Assembly: GCA_052386995.1 (NCBI GenBank)
Contig: JBQTJP010000109.1
Coordinates: 1-35,365 of the forward strand
Source of the DNA: Armatimonadota bacterium
GTDB lineage: Bacteria; Sysuimicrobiota; Sysuimicrobiia; Sysuimicrobiales; Humicultoraceae
Reading direction: 5' to 3'
DNA: 35,365 bases
Shown here one piece after another: positions 19,129 through 28,479 of this stretch. Numbering within the stretch: position 1 is the first letter of the stretch; every line of letters starts with the position of its first letter. The translations under genes were made by a program, and so were the position numbers. A model generated the notes under the pieces. The model made no database searches. It saw nothing but the letters and a program-made list of their open reading frames with translations, and had not been told where the DNA came from.

Positions 19129-19880
19129 AAGCGGTGCAGGCATGGGCGCCCGAACCGTTCCCTGAGATCCTCCCGGGCGACGACCTGGTGGGTGCGGTCG
19201 CGGAGGCCCTAAGAAGCACCGGGCTCAGTCCCCAGCCCAAAGACATCGTGGTGCTGGCGCACAAGGTGGTGTCCAAATCTGAAGGGCACGTGGTCGATCT
19301 GCGAGACGTGGCGCCGAGCCCCGCGGCGCTCCGGCTGGCCGATGAGGTCGGGAAGGACCCTCGCCTGGTGGAGGTTATCCTTCGAGAGTCGAAGGCGATC
19401 CGCCGGGTGCGCCCGGGACTGATTATCGCCGAGCACCGCCTCGGATTCATCTGCGCGAACGCGGGGGTGGACCACTCGAACGTCGGCCTGGGGGATGATG
19501 TAGTGGCGCTGCTCCCGAAAGATCCCGATGCGTCCGCGGCGCGAATTCGCGCCGGCCTGCGGCGGGCGTTCGGGATCGAGGTGGCGGTCATCGTCAACGA
19601 CAGCCACGGCCGTCCGTTCAGGCAGGGGACGACCGGCGCCGCGATCGGCGCGGCGGGGCTGCGGGTGCTGCGTTCGTACGTGGGGGAGGAAGACCGGTAC
19701 GGCTACGTGCTGCGGGTGTCGGTCGAGGCGGTCGCGGACGAGTGCGCGGCGCTCGCGAATCTCCTGCAGGGCCAGGCCGCCGAGGGCACGCCGCTCGTCT
19801 TGATCCGGGGGCTCGACCACCCCGGAGCCGAGCGGGCCGCCGACCTGGTGCGCCCCGAAGAGGACGATCTGTTCCGATAG
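19125..19880 (+). CDS. cofE: Coenzyme F420-0:L-glutamate ligase
   Basis: PGDDL, HKVVSKSEG, CANAGVDHSN, DPDASA, DSHGRPFR, DLFR; start ATG 19125 (ATGA overlap). Confidence 0.92.
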   Translation: MKAVQAWAPEPFPEILPGDDLVGAVAEALRSTGLSPQPKDIVVLAHKVVSKSEGHVVDLRDVAPSPAALRLADEVGKDPRLVEVILRESKAIRRVRPGLIIAEHRLGFICANAGVDHSNVGLGDDVVALLPKDPDASAARIRAGLRRAFGIEVAVIVNDSHGRPFRQGTTGAAIGAAGLRVLRSYVGEEDRYGYVLRVSVEAVADECAALANLLQGQAAEGTPLVLIRGLDHPGAERAADLVRPEEDDLFR

Positions 19881-19909
19881 AGCACAACCGCTGCAACGAG
19901 GAGGGCCTG

Positions 19910-21037
19910 GTGAAGATCGCATCGGTCAAGACGCATACGCTCGCGGGGTCGCTGGACAAGCCGCTGTTTTTTGGCGGCGGTCCGTTCGGCACGTTCTATG
20001 CCTCCGTCGTCGAAATCCGCACGGATGACGGCCACGTCGGACTCGGCGAGTGCATCGCGCGCCGCGCCCCCGAGGTGACCTCGATGATCGTCGACGCGAT
20101 GTTGGCTCCCGTGGTCATCGGCCGCGACCCGCGCGACATCGAAGGCCTGTGGGATGATATGTTCACGCAGCTGCGGCGCTGGGGTCACTCGCGCGGGTTC
20201 GTGCTGGAGGCCATCAGCGGCGTCGACGTCGCCCTGCACGATCTGCTGGCGCGGGCCGCGGGGCTGCCCCTGTACAAGTTTCTGGGTGGATATGGCCGTG
20301 AGCGGGTGAAGTGCTACGCCTCGTCCGTGTACATCGCGGGCATCAAAGAGATGACGGAAGAGGCCGCCGGCCAGATCGCGCTGGGGCATACCGCGATCAA
20401 GGTCAAGATCGGCCGGCCGGCCTCCATGGGCGGTCTCCGCGCCGACGTCGAGTCCGTGCGGGCGATCCGGGCGGCCGTGGGGCCGCAGGTGGAGATCATG
20501 CTCGATGTCAACGGCGCATATGACGCGGCTACGGCGATCCGTGTCGCGCGTCGGCTCGAGCCGCTGGACATCGCCTGGCTGGAGGAGCCGGTGTATCCCG
20601 ATGACGTCTCTGGCTATGAGCTGATCCGCAAGGGCGCCGCCATTCCGCTTGCGGCCGGGGAGGCCGAGTTCGGCGTGTTCGGGTTTCGCGACTTGATCGA
20701 GCGCAGAGCCGTCGACGTCCTGCAGCCCGATATCGCGCGCGTGGGCGGATTCACCGCGGCGCGCCGGGTGGCCGCGCTGGCGCACGCGTACAATCTGGCC
20801 TACGCTCCGCACACCGGATTTTCGGGCGGGATCGCGCATCTGGCGTCGCTGCACCTGGCTGCCAGCGTTCCGAACTTCATGACGTACGAGTACTTCTACG
20901 CGCCGAACGCGCTGCGCGATCTCTTCACCGCGCCGTTTCCGCAGCCCAAAGACGGCACGGTACCGTTGCCCACCGGGCCGGGCCTGGGCCTCGACCTGGA
21001 CTGGGACCTGGTGCGGCGTTATGAGGTGAAGCGATGA
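19910..21037 (+). CDS. Mandelate racemase/muconate lactonizing enzyme family protein
   Basis: KVKIG, metal ligands LDVN/WLEEP/AAGE, QPD, APH; GAGGAGG RBS before GTG 19910. Confidence 0.92.
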   Translation: MKIASVKTHTLAGSLDKPLFFGGGPFGTFYASVVEIRTDDGHVGLGECIARRAPEVTSMIVDAMLAPVVIGRDPRDIEGLWDDMFTQLRRWGHSRGFVLEAISGVDVALHDLLARAAGLPLYKFLGGYGRERVKCYASSVYIAGIKEMTEEAAGQIALGHTAIKVKIGRPASMGGLRADVESVRAIRAAVGPQVEIMLDVNGAYDAATAIRVARRLEPLDIAWLEEPVYPDDVSGYELIRKGAAIPLAAGEAEFGVFGFRDLIERRAVDVLQPDIARVGGFTAARRVAALAHAYNLAYAPHTGFSGGIAHLASLHLAASVPNFMTYEYFYAPNALRDLFTAPFPQPKDGTVPLPTGPGLGLDLDWDLVRRYEVKR

Positions 21038-22383
21038 TCGTCATTACAACGGGCATCTCCGGGAGCGGCAAGCTGCACGAGGTCGATGGGGCCCCCGGGT
21101 ACGTGGTGCGCGTGGTGAATGAGGGCAACCGTCGCATCGCCGAGGAGATTCGCGACGGACGGTGGACATCGCCGATCCGGCGCCTGCGATATCTCGATAT
21201 GGGCAGCCTGATGCTCGAGCGAGCGCGCGACCTTGGCCTGGTCGTGCGCACCGAGACCATCCTGGACATGGCGCCCGAGGCGCTCCAGGAGCTCCGCGCG
21301 ATCGCTTTCACCGAGGTGGTCAACGACGATGCCCTGTGGGAGCCCGATCTCTGCACGGTGCTGGTGACGCACGCGTGCTTCTGGTGGAAGGGCCATCTCA
21401 TTCCCGGGTTGGACACGCATTACCTGAAGCTGCTCTTCGACGAGACGCGGCGCCGGATGCCGCTACCGGACCAGACCGTCGTTCAGGAGACGCTTCCCGG
21501 TCTGCGCCTGGCTCCGCCGGTTCGGCCGGAGGGCATCTTCTACGCGACGATCGTAGACAGCGTCTACCAGATCCAGCGCCGCCTCGATACGACCGAGCAG
21601 TGGAGGCGCAAAGTCACCGCCGACGACGTGATCGCCTGGCAGGAGCAGGAGGTCTTCACGTCCATGATGCTGGCCGCCTACGAACGGGTCCCGCACTATC
21701 TGATCGCACACGACGAGCCCGTCCAGACGCTCTTCGATCTCATCTGCTTTAAAAGGCCCAAGATCTACCTAGGCTATCCCATCACCAACCTGCGCCGGGA
21801 AGGGCAGGCGCACCTGATCGCGATGGCGCGTGAGTTCGGAAAACGCTTGCGTGGCCACTTCGTCGTGTTTGACCCGCTGTCGGTCAAAGACGAGGAGGCC
21901 GCGGCCTTTGCCCGGCTCTCAGATCGACAGTTCGAGGAGCAATTCTCGGCGGCCGAGCGCGAGGCCATTCTTCAATGGGCCGGGTCGCTCGATCAGGTAC
22001 GTGCGTGGGCACGCGCGCTGAACGACCGTACGCGCCTCCAGCTGGGCCGCGCGACGGTCGTGCGCGACCTGCGTCTGATCGATCAGTCCGATATGAACGT
22101 TGTCTTCTACCCGACCAGCCAGATGTCGTTCGGTGTGCTCGCAGAGGTCACCCACGCGCACACGACCGGCAAGAAAGTCTACATCCTCTATCCATATAAA
22201 AGCATCTCACCGTTCCTCGAGTACTATGCGACCGGCGTCCGCACCCCCCGAGCGGACGAGCCCGACCCGCAGACACCCGAGCAGATCGCGGCGTTCATGC
22301 AGCGAGCGGCGGAGGCGCTGCTGCAGGAGCTCACCCGCGATCACCCCAGCGTGGTGCCCCAGCGCCTCGAATCCACTCGCTGA
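21034..22383 (+). CDS. Uncharacterised fusion: P-loop nucleotide-kinase-like domain plus nucleoside 2-deoxyribosyltransferase-like domain
   Basis: N-terminal IVITTGISGSGK and VTHACF...PGLD (archaeal adenylate-kinase-like); C-terminal IYLGYP, RDLRLIDQSD, SFGVLAE...GKKVY (NDT/DNPH1-like). Confidence 0.6.
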   Translation: MIVITTGISGSGKLHEVDGAPGYVVRVVNEGNRRIAEEIRDGRWTSPIRRLRYLDMGSLMLERARDLGLVVRTETILDMAPEALQELRAIAFTEVVNDDALWEPDLCTVLVTHACFWWKGHLIPGLDTHYLKLLFDETRRRMPLPDQTVVQETLPGLRLAPPVRPEGIFYATIVDSVYQIQRRLDTTEQWRRKVTADDVIAWQEQEVFTSMMLAAYERVPHYLIAHDEPVQTLFDLICFKRPKIYLGYPITNLRREGQAHLIAMAREFGKRLRGHFVVFDPLSVKDEEAAAFARLSDRQFEEQFSAAEREAILQWAGSLDQVRAWARALNDRTRLQLGRATVVRDLRLIDQSDMNVVFYPTSQMSFGVLAEVTHAHTTGKKVYILYPYKSISPFLEYYATGVRTPRADEPDPQTPEQIAAFMQRAAEALLQELTRDHPSVVPQRLESTR

Positions 22384-22428
22384 GAGGCCCTCTTTACGGG
22401 AACGAATCTCCGTTGTCGGCGTCTAATT

Positions 22429-23619
22429 TTGCGCGGGAAACGGCATGACATTGAAAGGGAACATCGTGTCGGAGGGTCACCGACGACAAACACTGCAAGC
22501 TCTGCGATAGCCATTCTCACGGTGTTGGCGATCGGAGCCGTGGCCGCGAACGCATCGGCGGCGTCAGAGGCGGGCGCTCCGCTGCGACTGTGCGTGCGCG
22601 ATGCGGTGGGGGAACGCTATCTCGACTTTCGAATCTTCAAAGCTTTGCGCGACCTGGTTCCCGAGCTCGGACCGGTGCGTTTCGCAGGATTGACGGAGGC
22701 AGGGCTCGAGCTTTGGGAACAGGGCCAGATGCGGGTACCGATTGCGGGGAACTTTCTCAAGGAAGATGTGAACCGCGACGGCAAGGTGGATTGCGCCATC
22801 TTATTCGAGGCCCGTGCGGGCAGCACCGTCGACTTTTACATCGTTCTTGCCAGTCCAAGCCTGCGGGAATTGACCCGGCTGTTTCTTCTGCGTCTGGAAG
22901 GACCGGCGGGCATGGGATGGGACAAACGGCGCCAGGCCATCGAGATCGACACGGGCGTGCGGAGGCGGGTGACGTCGTCGGCCACAATGCGGTCGGAAGG
23001 CGGGCGGATCGTCGGGGGGAGCTACGGATATGCCGTCGACATTCGGCTCCCGGCGTACTTGCGATGGAACCCGGAGGCTGCGCGGTTCGACTATGCTCGC
23101 CCCGCTGAAGCGCCGTTTCGCCCGTGGAACGTCACGGCAAGCCTGGCATCCTACAGCCTGGATTACGCCCCCGCTGATTTCGCCGGGGTGCATATTGCGT
23201 TCACTTCCATCGGGTGGCGTCGCTGGTCCGGTCCAAACTTGCAGGTGTTCCCCGCAGGCTATCTCCCTAACGCGGAGCTTTTCGCGCTGTTCCGGCGTCC
23301 AGGAGTCGCATACCGAAGCGATGGCGCGGGAGGATTTCGGTCCCTGGGCTTGGCACCGGAACAGACGCGCGCGGTGGTTCTGGCCATCGCGGGCGTGAAG
23401 AATCTGGACGCGCTCGCAGGGCGAACCGGTGGGGAATCGCCGGCCTATTCGGTTTCGGTCCTGGATGTTTTTTCCGACAAGGGCCCGAACTTCTCCGAGA
23501 TTCTCCTGACGGTGGAAGAGACACGATCTCTGCTATCAAGGATTTCACAGAGCCTGAGACGGCAGCGCCCCGACGCCGCTCGCGCTCTTGAGGACTACCA
23601 GAGGACTTTGAGTGATTAG
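22429..23619 (+). CDS. Hypothetical secreted protein
   Basis: Long ORF filling the intergenic space; hydrophobic signal-like segment ending ANASA; DVNRDGKVD Ca-loop-like motif; start uncertain. Confidence 0.6.
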   Translation: MRGKRHDIEREHRVGGSPTTNTASSAIAILTVLAIGAVAANASAASEAGAPLRLCVRDAVGERYLDFRIFKALRDLVPELGPVRFAGLTEAGLELWEQGQMRVPIAGNFLKEDVNRDGKVDCAILFEARAGSTVDFYIVLASPSLRELTRLFLLRLEGPAGMGWDKRRQAIEIDTGVRRRVTSSATMRSEGGRIVGGSYGYAVDIRLPAYLRWNPEAARFDYARPAEAPFRPWNVTASLASYSLDYAPADFAGVHIAFTSIGWRRWSGPNLQVFPAGYLPNAELFALFRRPGVAYRSDGAGGFRSLGLAPEQTRAVVLAIAGVKNLDALAGRTGGESPAYSVSVLDVFSDKGPNFSEILLTVEETRSLLSRISQSLRRQRPDAARALEDYQRTLSD

Positions 23620-23633
23620 AGGAAACCGCTGGA

Positions 23634-24758
23634 CTAGCGCGAGGCTCCAGAGCCTCGAATCCACGCGTTGATCGTCCGCAGCGCATCTTCGGACGCCGAA
23701 ACCTGCGATACAGGCTGATCCTTCAGGTAGCGATCGCCGAGCGTGTACTGCTGCTTCCGGCGTGACACTGAAGGGGAGTCCCATTGCCAGAACACAAGGC
23801 CCGCCAGCGGGTGCTCGTTCTGGTATTTCGTCTCGACCAGGTCGCTGAGCAGCCGGAAAAGGTCGTGCTGGCCTCCGCGTTCGCGAGGAAACCAGTAGCC
23901 CGGGGCGGGCCCGTACCCGGCACCCATCACCTGCACGGACGACCACAGCAGGATCTCGGGTGTCTTGTCGTGGATGACCCTTCTCGACCAGTAGTGGTTT
24001 TGATCGAGGAGCACGAACTGGTACTGCCGGTCCTGAAACTCCAGGGCGCTGATCTGGACGATCGCTCCCAGACCCTCTTCCCACGTGGTGTCGGGCCGCG
24101 GCGGGTCCTGCGTCTGGCTCCACAGCCCTCGGCTGAACTGGACGAACCATCTCACCCTGGCGGCGCCCGGGGATCGTGACTTCAAATAGTCGATCAGGCT
24201 CCTGAGCTCATCGGTCGTATAAAACGGCTGCTTTGAATGGTGCCACGGCTCCTCGACGACCTGAACGGCATGGAGGGCCGGGTGGGTCACGCACTTGGCG
24301 CACGCGGCGAAGGCGCCCAGACTCCCTGCCTTCCAGCCTCCATCCGCCCGGACCGGCCGGAAACCTGTGGACGCGCCCGCGTCATCCGTCGGCACCGCGA
24401 AGGCCATGGTCGCGCGGAAGCCCTGACCCCGAACGGCATCCAGCAGCGCGAGCCAGTCGGCTTCCGACGTGACGCCGTTCGCTACGACGAGGTGGACCAT
24501 GCTGACGGCCGGGATCGCTTTGCGGATGTGTCCGAGAGCCTCGCGCAGTCTGGGGACCCCGGATGCCTTGGCCGACGCAACGGGAATCGGCATGGCCACC
24601 GAATACCTCAGGCCGGCGTTCTTCGGCTGAGCGGCGCGCCCCGGCAGATAGCTGGCGCCCACCCAGAACCCTGTCAACGCGAGCAACGCCGCGGTCACCG
24701 GGACCGCGGCTCTTCGTACGATAATGTGCAGCATGATGGTCTCTGTAAGACGATGCAT
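23634..24758 (-). CDS. Hypothetical exported protein, possible glycoside-hydrolase-like TIM barrel
   Basis: Signal/TM segment VTAALLALTGFWVGA; HPALHAVQVVEEP and LAGLVFWQW resemble clan GH-A strands 4 and 8; start ATG 24758 or 24734. Confidence 0.55.
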   Translation of the reverse strand: MHRLTETIMLHIIVRRAAVPVTAALLALTGFWVGASYLPGRAAQPKNAGLRYSVAMPIPVASAKASGVPRLREALGHIRKAIPAVSMVHLVVANGVTSEADWLALLDAVRGQGFRATMAFAVPTDDAGASTGFRPVRADGGWKAGSLGAFAACAKCVTHPALHAVQVVEEPWHHSKQPFYTTDELRSLIDYLKSRSPGAARVRWFVQFSRGLWSQTQDPPRPDTTWEEGLGAIVQISALEFQDRQYQFVLLDQNHYWSRRVIHDKTPEILLWSSVQVMGAGYGPAPGYWFPRERGGQHDLFRLLSDLVETKYQNEHPLAGLVFWQWDSPSVSRRKQQYTLGDRYLKDQPVSQVSASEDALRTINAWIRGSGASR

Positions 24759-24885
24759 ACCCGCCCCAGGCCCGCGGTAGACCAAGGCAGTCTCCCAGAG
24801 TTCGACCCCGTGGTCAATCGGTGGACTTCCGTATGGTTCGACATTTCCGACGCGCCTTGGCAGAGCATTATCGCGGTGCGACAAT

Positions 24886-27369
24886 GTGCGTGTGCGGGAG
24901 CTCCCGAGGGGAACCGTCACTGTCCTCTTCACGGACATCGAAGGGTCGACGCGCCTGCTGCACGAGCTCGGCGAGCGGTATGCGGATGTGCTCGCGGAGC
25001 ACCGTCGCGTATTGCGCGACACCTTCTCGCGGCACGGCGGGGTGGAGGTGGACACGCAGGGCGACGCGTTCTTCGTCGCATTCACGCGCGCGCGCGACGC
25101 GATCGCCGCCGCGAGCGAAGCACAGGACGCGCTCGCCGATGGACCGGTGCGCGTGCGGATCGGCATTCACACTGGCGAGCCGGTCGTGACGGAGGAGGGG
25201 TATGTTGGCCTGGACGTGCACCGGGCGGCGCGGATCACGGGCGCCGGCCACGGGGGGCAGATACTCGTCTCGGAGACGACGCGGCGGCTGCTCGACTCAA
25301 CAGAACTGCGCGACCTCGGCGAGCACCGCCTCAAGGACCTGAGCGCGCCGCAGCACCTGTACCAGCTCGGCGACGGGCACTTCCCGCCGCTTCGGACGCT
25401 CCACCAGACGAACCTGCCGATCCAGCCGACGCCGCTCGTTGGCCGGGAGCGTGAGCTCGAAGAGGCGGGAGCGCTCGTGCGCTCGCATCGCCTGCTGACG
25501 CTGACCGGGCCCGGCGGGAGCGGCAAGACACGCCTCGCGCTTCAGCTCGCGGCCGAGGCGGTCGAGCAGTTCCCCGACGGTGTCTTCTGGGTTCCGCTGC
25601 AGGCGCTCCGCGACCCTACCCTCGTCGAGCGCGCGATCGGAGCCTCGGTCGGCGCCGACGACGGCCTGATCGCACACGTGGCGAACAAGCGGCTGCTCGT
25701 CCTCCTCGACAACTTCGAGCAGGTCGTCGCGGCCGCGCCGGTGGTCTCGTCCCTGCTCGCCGGCACACCCAACGCGAAGGTGCTCGTCACAAGCCGCGAG
25801 CCGCTGCACGTCGAGGCCGAGCAGCGCTACCCGGTCGAGCCGCTGCGCGAGGACGACGCCGCGATGCTCTTCGTGGAGCGCGCGCGAGCGGTCGCACCCG
25901 GGTTCCGCCCGACAGCAGCCGTAGCCGAGATCTGCCGACGGCTCGACGGCCTGCCGCTCGCTATCGAGCTCGCGGCCGCGCGCGTCGCGCTCTTGGATCC
26001 GGAGGAGCTCGCGCGTCGGCTGGACCGGCGCCTGCCACTTCTCGCAACGCGCTCGCGCGACGCTCCGGCGAGGCAGCGAACGCTGCGCGCAACGATCGAG
26101 TGGAGCTACGAGCTTCTCGAGCCGGACGAGCAGGAGCTCTTCCGTCGGCTGGCGGTGTTCGCCGGCAGCTTCTCGCTGGAGGCGGCGGAGGCCGTCTGCA
26201 ACGCCGACCTCGACGCGCTCGAGTCGCTCGTCGTCAAGAGTGTCGCCCGCCGATGGAGCAGTGGCCGCCTCGGCATGCTCGACACGATCCGCGAGTACGC
26301 GCTCGAACGATTCGATGAGTCGCCTGAGGCCGAGGATGTCCGCCGGCGGCACGCCGAGTTCTTCCTCGCCGTTGCCGAGAGCGCCAATCTCAACCCTGGG
26401 AGGCTCGCGAGCGGAGGACAGCGGCTCGATATCGCCGTCGCCGAGCAGGACAACCTTCGTGCCGCCCTCACCTGGGCGCTCGCGAGCGGATCGATCGAGT
26501 TCGGCCTCAGGCTCGCGGTTGCGATGGACATGTTCTGGACCACCCAGGACCCGCGCGAGGGCGTGCGCTGGTTCGCGGCCCTGCTCGAACATCCGGGTGC
26601 CGAAGACGTTGCGCCCGACCTGCGCGCCCATGCCCTCCGCGGATACGGCAGCAGCTGCGGGATCGCCGGCGACAATGACGCGGCCGAGCGGCTCTGGGAG
26701 CAAAGCCTCGCCCTCTTCGAGCAGCTCGGGGACGAGCATGGCCGCGCGGTGCTGCTCCATCGGCTGGGCGTCCTCGCAATGTGGAAGGGCGATCTCGACC
26801 GAGCGCGCGCCCTCGTCGAGGAGAGCCACGCGATCCACGAGCGGAGCGACGACCGATGGGAAAGGATCTTCGGGCTCGCGCAGACGATCGGGACGCTGGG
26901 CGCGATCGCCCGCGACGCCGGTGAAGGGCAACGCGCGTTGGAGCTAATCGAGCAGAGCGCGGCGATGGGCCGTAAAGTCGGCGTACCGTGGTGGGAGGGC
27001 GGGATGCTCGCGGAGCTGGCTTGCCTCTCGTTGAATGCGGGGCGCATCGACGAGGCGAAGACGCGCGCGCGTGAATCGCTCGCGCTGGCGGAACAGTTGC
27101 GCGACCGCGCCGGGCGCGTGTTCGGGGTCGGCCTGCTTGCATCTATCGCGGCCGCACGTGGCCAGTTCGAGCGCGCGGGCCGCCTCTGGGGCGCGATCGA
27201 GGACGAGGACGCGGTTGCGCCGCTTGGCGGCTGGCGACGCCACCGTCAGGCGTGTGAAGCGCGGATCCGCGAAGCCGCCGGTCCTGAATTCGAGCGCGGT
27301 TACGCCGAGGGCCGCGCGCTGACGCTCGACGACGCCGTCTCGCTAGCGCTGGAGTCCGCCGATGGGTGA
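24886..27369 (+). CDS. Class III nucleotidyl cyclase / STAND (NB-ARC-like) ATPase / TPR-like helical repeat protein
   Basis: FTDIEGST, QGDAFF, RIGIHTG; Walker A GPGGSGKT, Walker B VLLDNFE, GLPLA; helical repeat C-terminus. Confidence 0.9.
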   Translation: MRVRELPRGTVTVLFTDIEGSTRLLHELGERYADVLAEHRRVLRDTFSRHGGVEVDTQGDAFFVAFTRARDAIAAASEAQDALADGPVRVRIGIHTGEPVVTEEGYVGLDVHRAARITGAGHGGQILVSETTRRLLDSTELRDLGEHRLKDLSAPQHLYQLGDGHFPPLRTLHQTNLPIQPTPLVGRERELEEAGALVRSHRLLTLTGPGGSGKTRLALQLAAEAVEQFPDGVFWVPLQALRDPTLVERAIGASVGADDGLIAHVANKRLLVLLDNFEQVVAAAPVVSSLLAGTPNAKVLVTSREPLHVEAEQRYPVEPLREDDAAMLFVERARAVAPGFRPTAAVAEICRRLDGLPLAIELAAARVALLDPEELARRLDRRLPLLATRSRDAPARQRTLRATIEWSYELLEPDEQELFRRLAVFAGSFSLEAAEAVCNADLDALESLVVKSVARRWSSGRLGMLDTIREYALERFDESPEAEDVRRRHAEFFLAVAESANLNPGRLASGGQRLDIAVAEQDNLRAALTWALASGSIEFGLRLAVAMDMFWTTQDPREGVRWFAALLEHPGAEDVAPDLRAHALRGYGSSCGIAGDNDAAERLWEQSLALFEQLGDEHGRAVLLHRLGVLAMWKGDLDRARALVEESHAIHERSDDRWERIFGLAQTIGTLGAIARDAGEGQRALELIEQSAAMGRKVGVPWWEGGMLAELACLSLNAGRIDEAKTRARESLALAEQLRDRAGRVFGVGLLASIAAARGQFERAGRLWGAIEDEDAVAPLGGWRRHRQACEARIREAAGPEFERGYAEGRALTLDDAVSLALESADG

Positions 27370-27450
27370 GCTTCTGCGCACTTGCAGATACTCAGAAGGG
27401 GAGTGGAAGTCGATGCGGGCGGCAGTCAACCTTCGTCAGCTGCTCAGGCC

Positions 27451-28479
27451 ATGAATCTCGACCGACTGCCGCGAGTCTCGCTCGCGCGATTCCCCACACC
27501 CCTCGACGATGCGCCGCGGCTTGCGGATGCGCTCGGCGTGGCCCGGCTGCTCGTCAAGCGCGACGATTTGACCGATCTCTCGCTGGGCGGGAACAAAGTG
27601 CGCAAGCTCGAGTACCTCCTGGGAGAGGCGCTGGCGCAGGGCGCGGATACCGTGATCACCACCGCAGGCGCGCAGTCAAACTTCCTGAGGATTACCGCTG
27701 CGGCCGCGCGGCGCCTGGGGATGCAACCCGTGTTCGTCGTGCGCGGCCGGCCCGACGCGGTCCCCGAGGGGAACCTCCTGCTCATGCGTGTCTTCGGCGC
27801 GGATTTGAGGTTCATCCCCACCCAGGATCCCTACGATACCTCGACCGTCGGCGTGATGCGCGAGATCGAGGAGCAGGTCCGCCGCCGCGGCGGGCGCCCC
27901 TATGTCATGCATCTGGCTACCTTCTCAGGTGGGCTCGCCACTGTGGGCTATGTGTCGGCGGCACTTGAGCTGGCGGAGCAGTTACGATCGCGCGCCCTGC
28001 GGTGCGATCATCTCGCCCTCGCCGTCGGATCTGGGACAACCTACGCGGGGTTACTCCTTGGGCTTCGGCACGCCGGGGCGGGCTGCCACATCCTTGGGGC
28101 GTCGGTGAACACCGCTGCCGCGACGCTGCGCACGCACATTGAACGACACATGCGCGGGGCGGCGGCAATCCTGGGACTGCCGACGCCTGACTACGGAACG
28201 GAGATCGACATCACCGACGCGCACGTCGGGCCCGGCTATGGGATCCCGACCGACGACAGCGTCAAGGCCATCCGGCTCGCTGCGCAGACCGAGGGTCTAA
28301 TCTTCGATCCGATCTACACAGGGAAGGCGTGGGCCGCGCTGCGCCATGCGGTGCAGAGCGGCGCCATCGCGCGCAATGCGACGGTCGTCTTTCTGCACAG
28401 CGGCGGCGCGCCGCTCGTCTTTCAGCACGCGGCCAGTGTCACAGGAGGAGCGCATGTCGGTATCCGACATCCCGATTGA
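27451..28479 (+). CDS. D-cysteine desulfhydrase family PLP-dependent lyase
   Basis: PTPL, KRDD, GGNKVRKLEY, QSN, GSGTT, DPIYTGK, HSGG; start ATG 27451. Confidence 0.88.
   Translation: MNLDRLPRVSLARFPTPLDDAPRLADALGVARLLVKRDDLTDLSLGGNKVRKLEYLLGEALAQGADTVITTAGAQSNFLRITAAAARRLGMQPVFVVRGRPDAVPEGNLLLMRVFGADLRFIPTQDPYDTSTVGVMREIEEQVRRRGGRPYVMHLATFSGGLATVGYVSAALELAEQLRSRALRCDHLALAVGSGTTYAGLLLGLRHAGAGCHILGASVNTAAATLRTHIERHMRGAAAILGLPTPDYGTEIDITDAHVGPGYGIPTDDSVKAIRLAAQTEGLIFDPIYTGKAWAALRHAVQSGAIARNATVVFLHSGGAPLVFQHAASVTGGAHVGIRHPD

Noticed and set aside
24780..24862. Possible structured RNA (CCAAGGC/GCCTTGG with two GTTCGAC motifs)
   Set aside because: Only a 7-bp distant inverted repeat; no coherent cloverleaf or riboswitch consensus could be built.
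24759..25166. N-terminal extension of ORF 23634-25166
   Set aside because: Antisense to the cyclase domain; the signal-like segment begins after 24758/24734.
27451..28479. ACC deaminase (acdS)
   Set aside because: Diagnostic Glu/Leu are replaced by Thr/Ser (DPIYT, HSGG).
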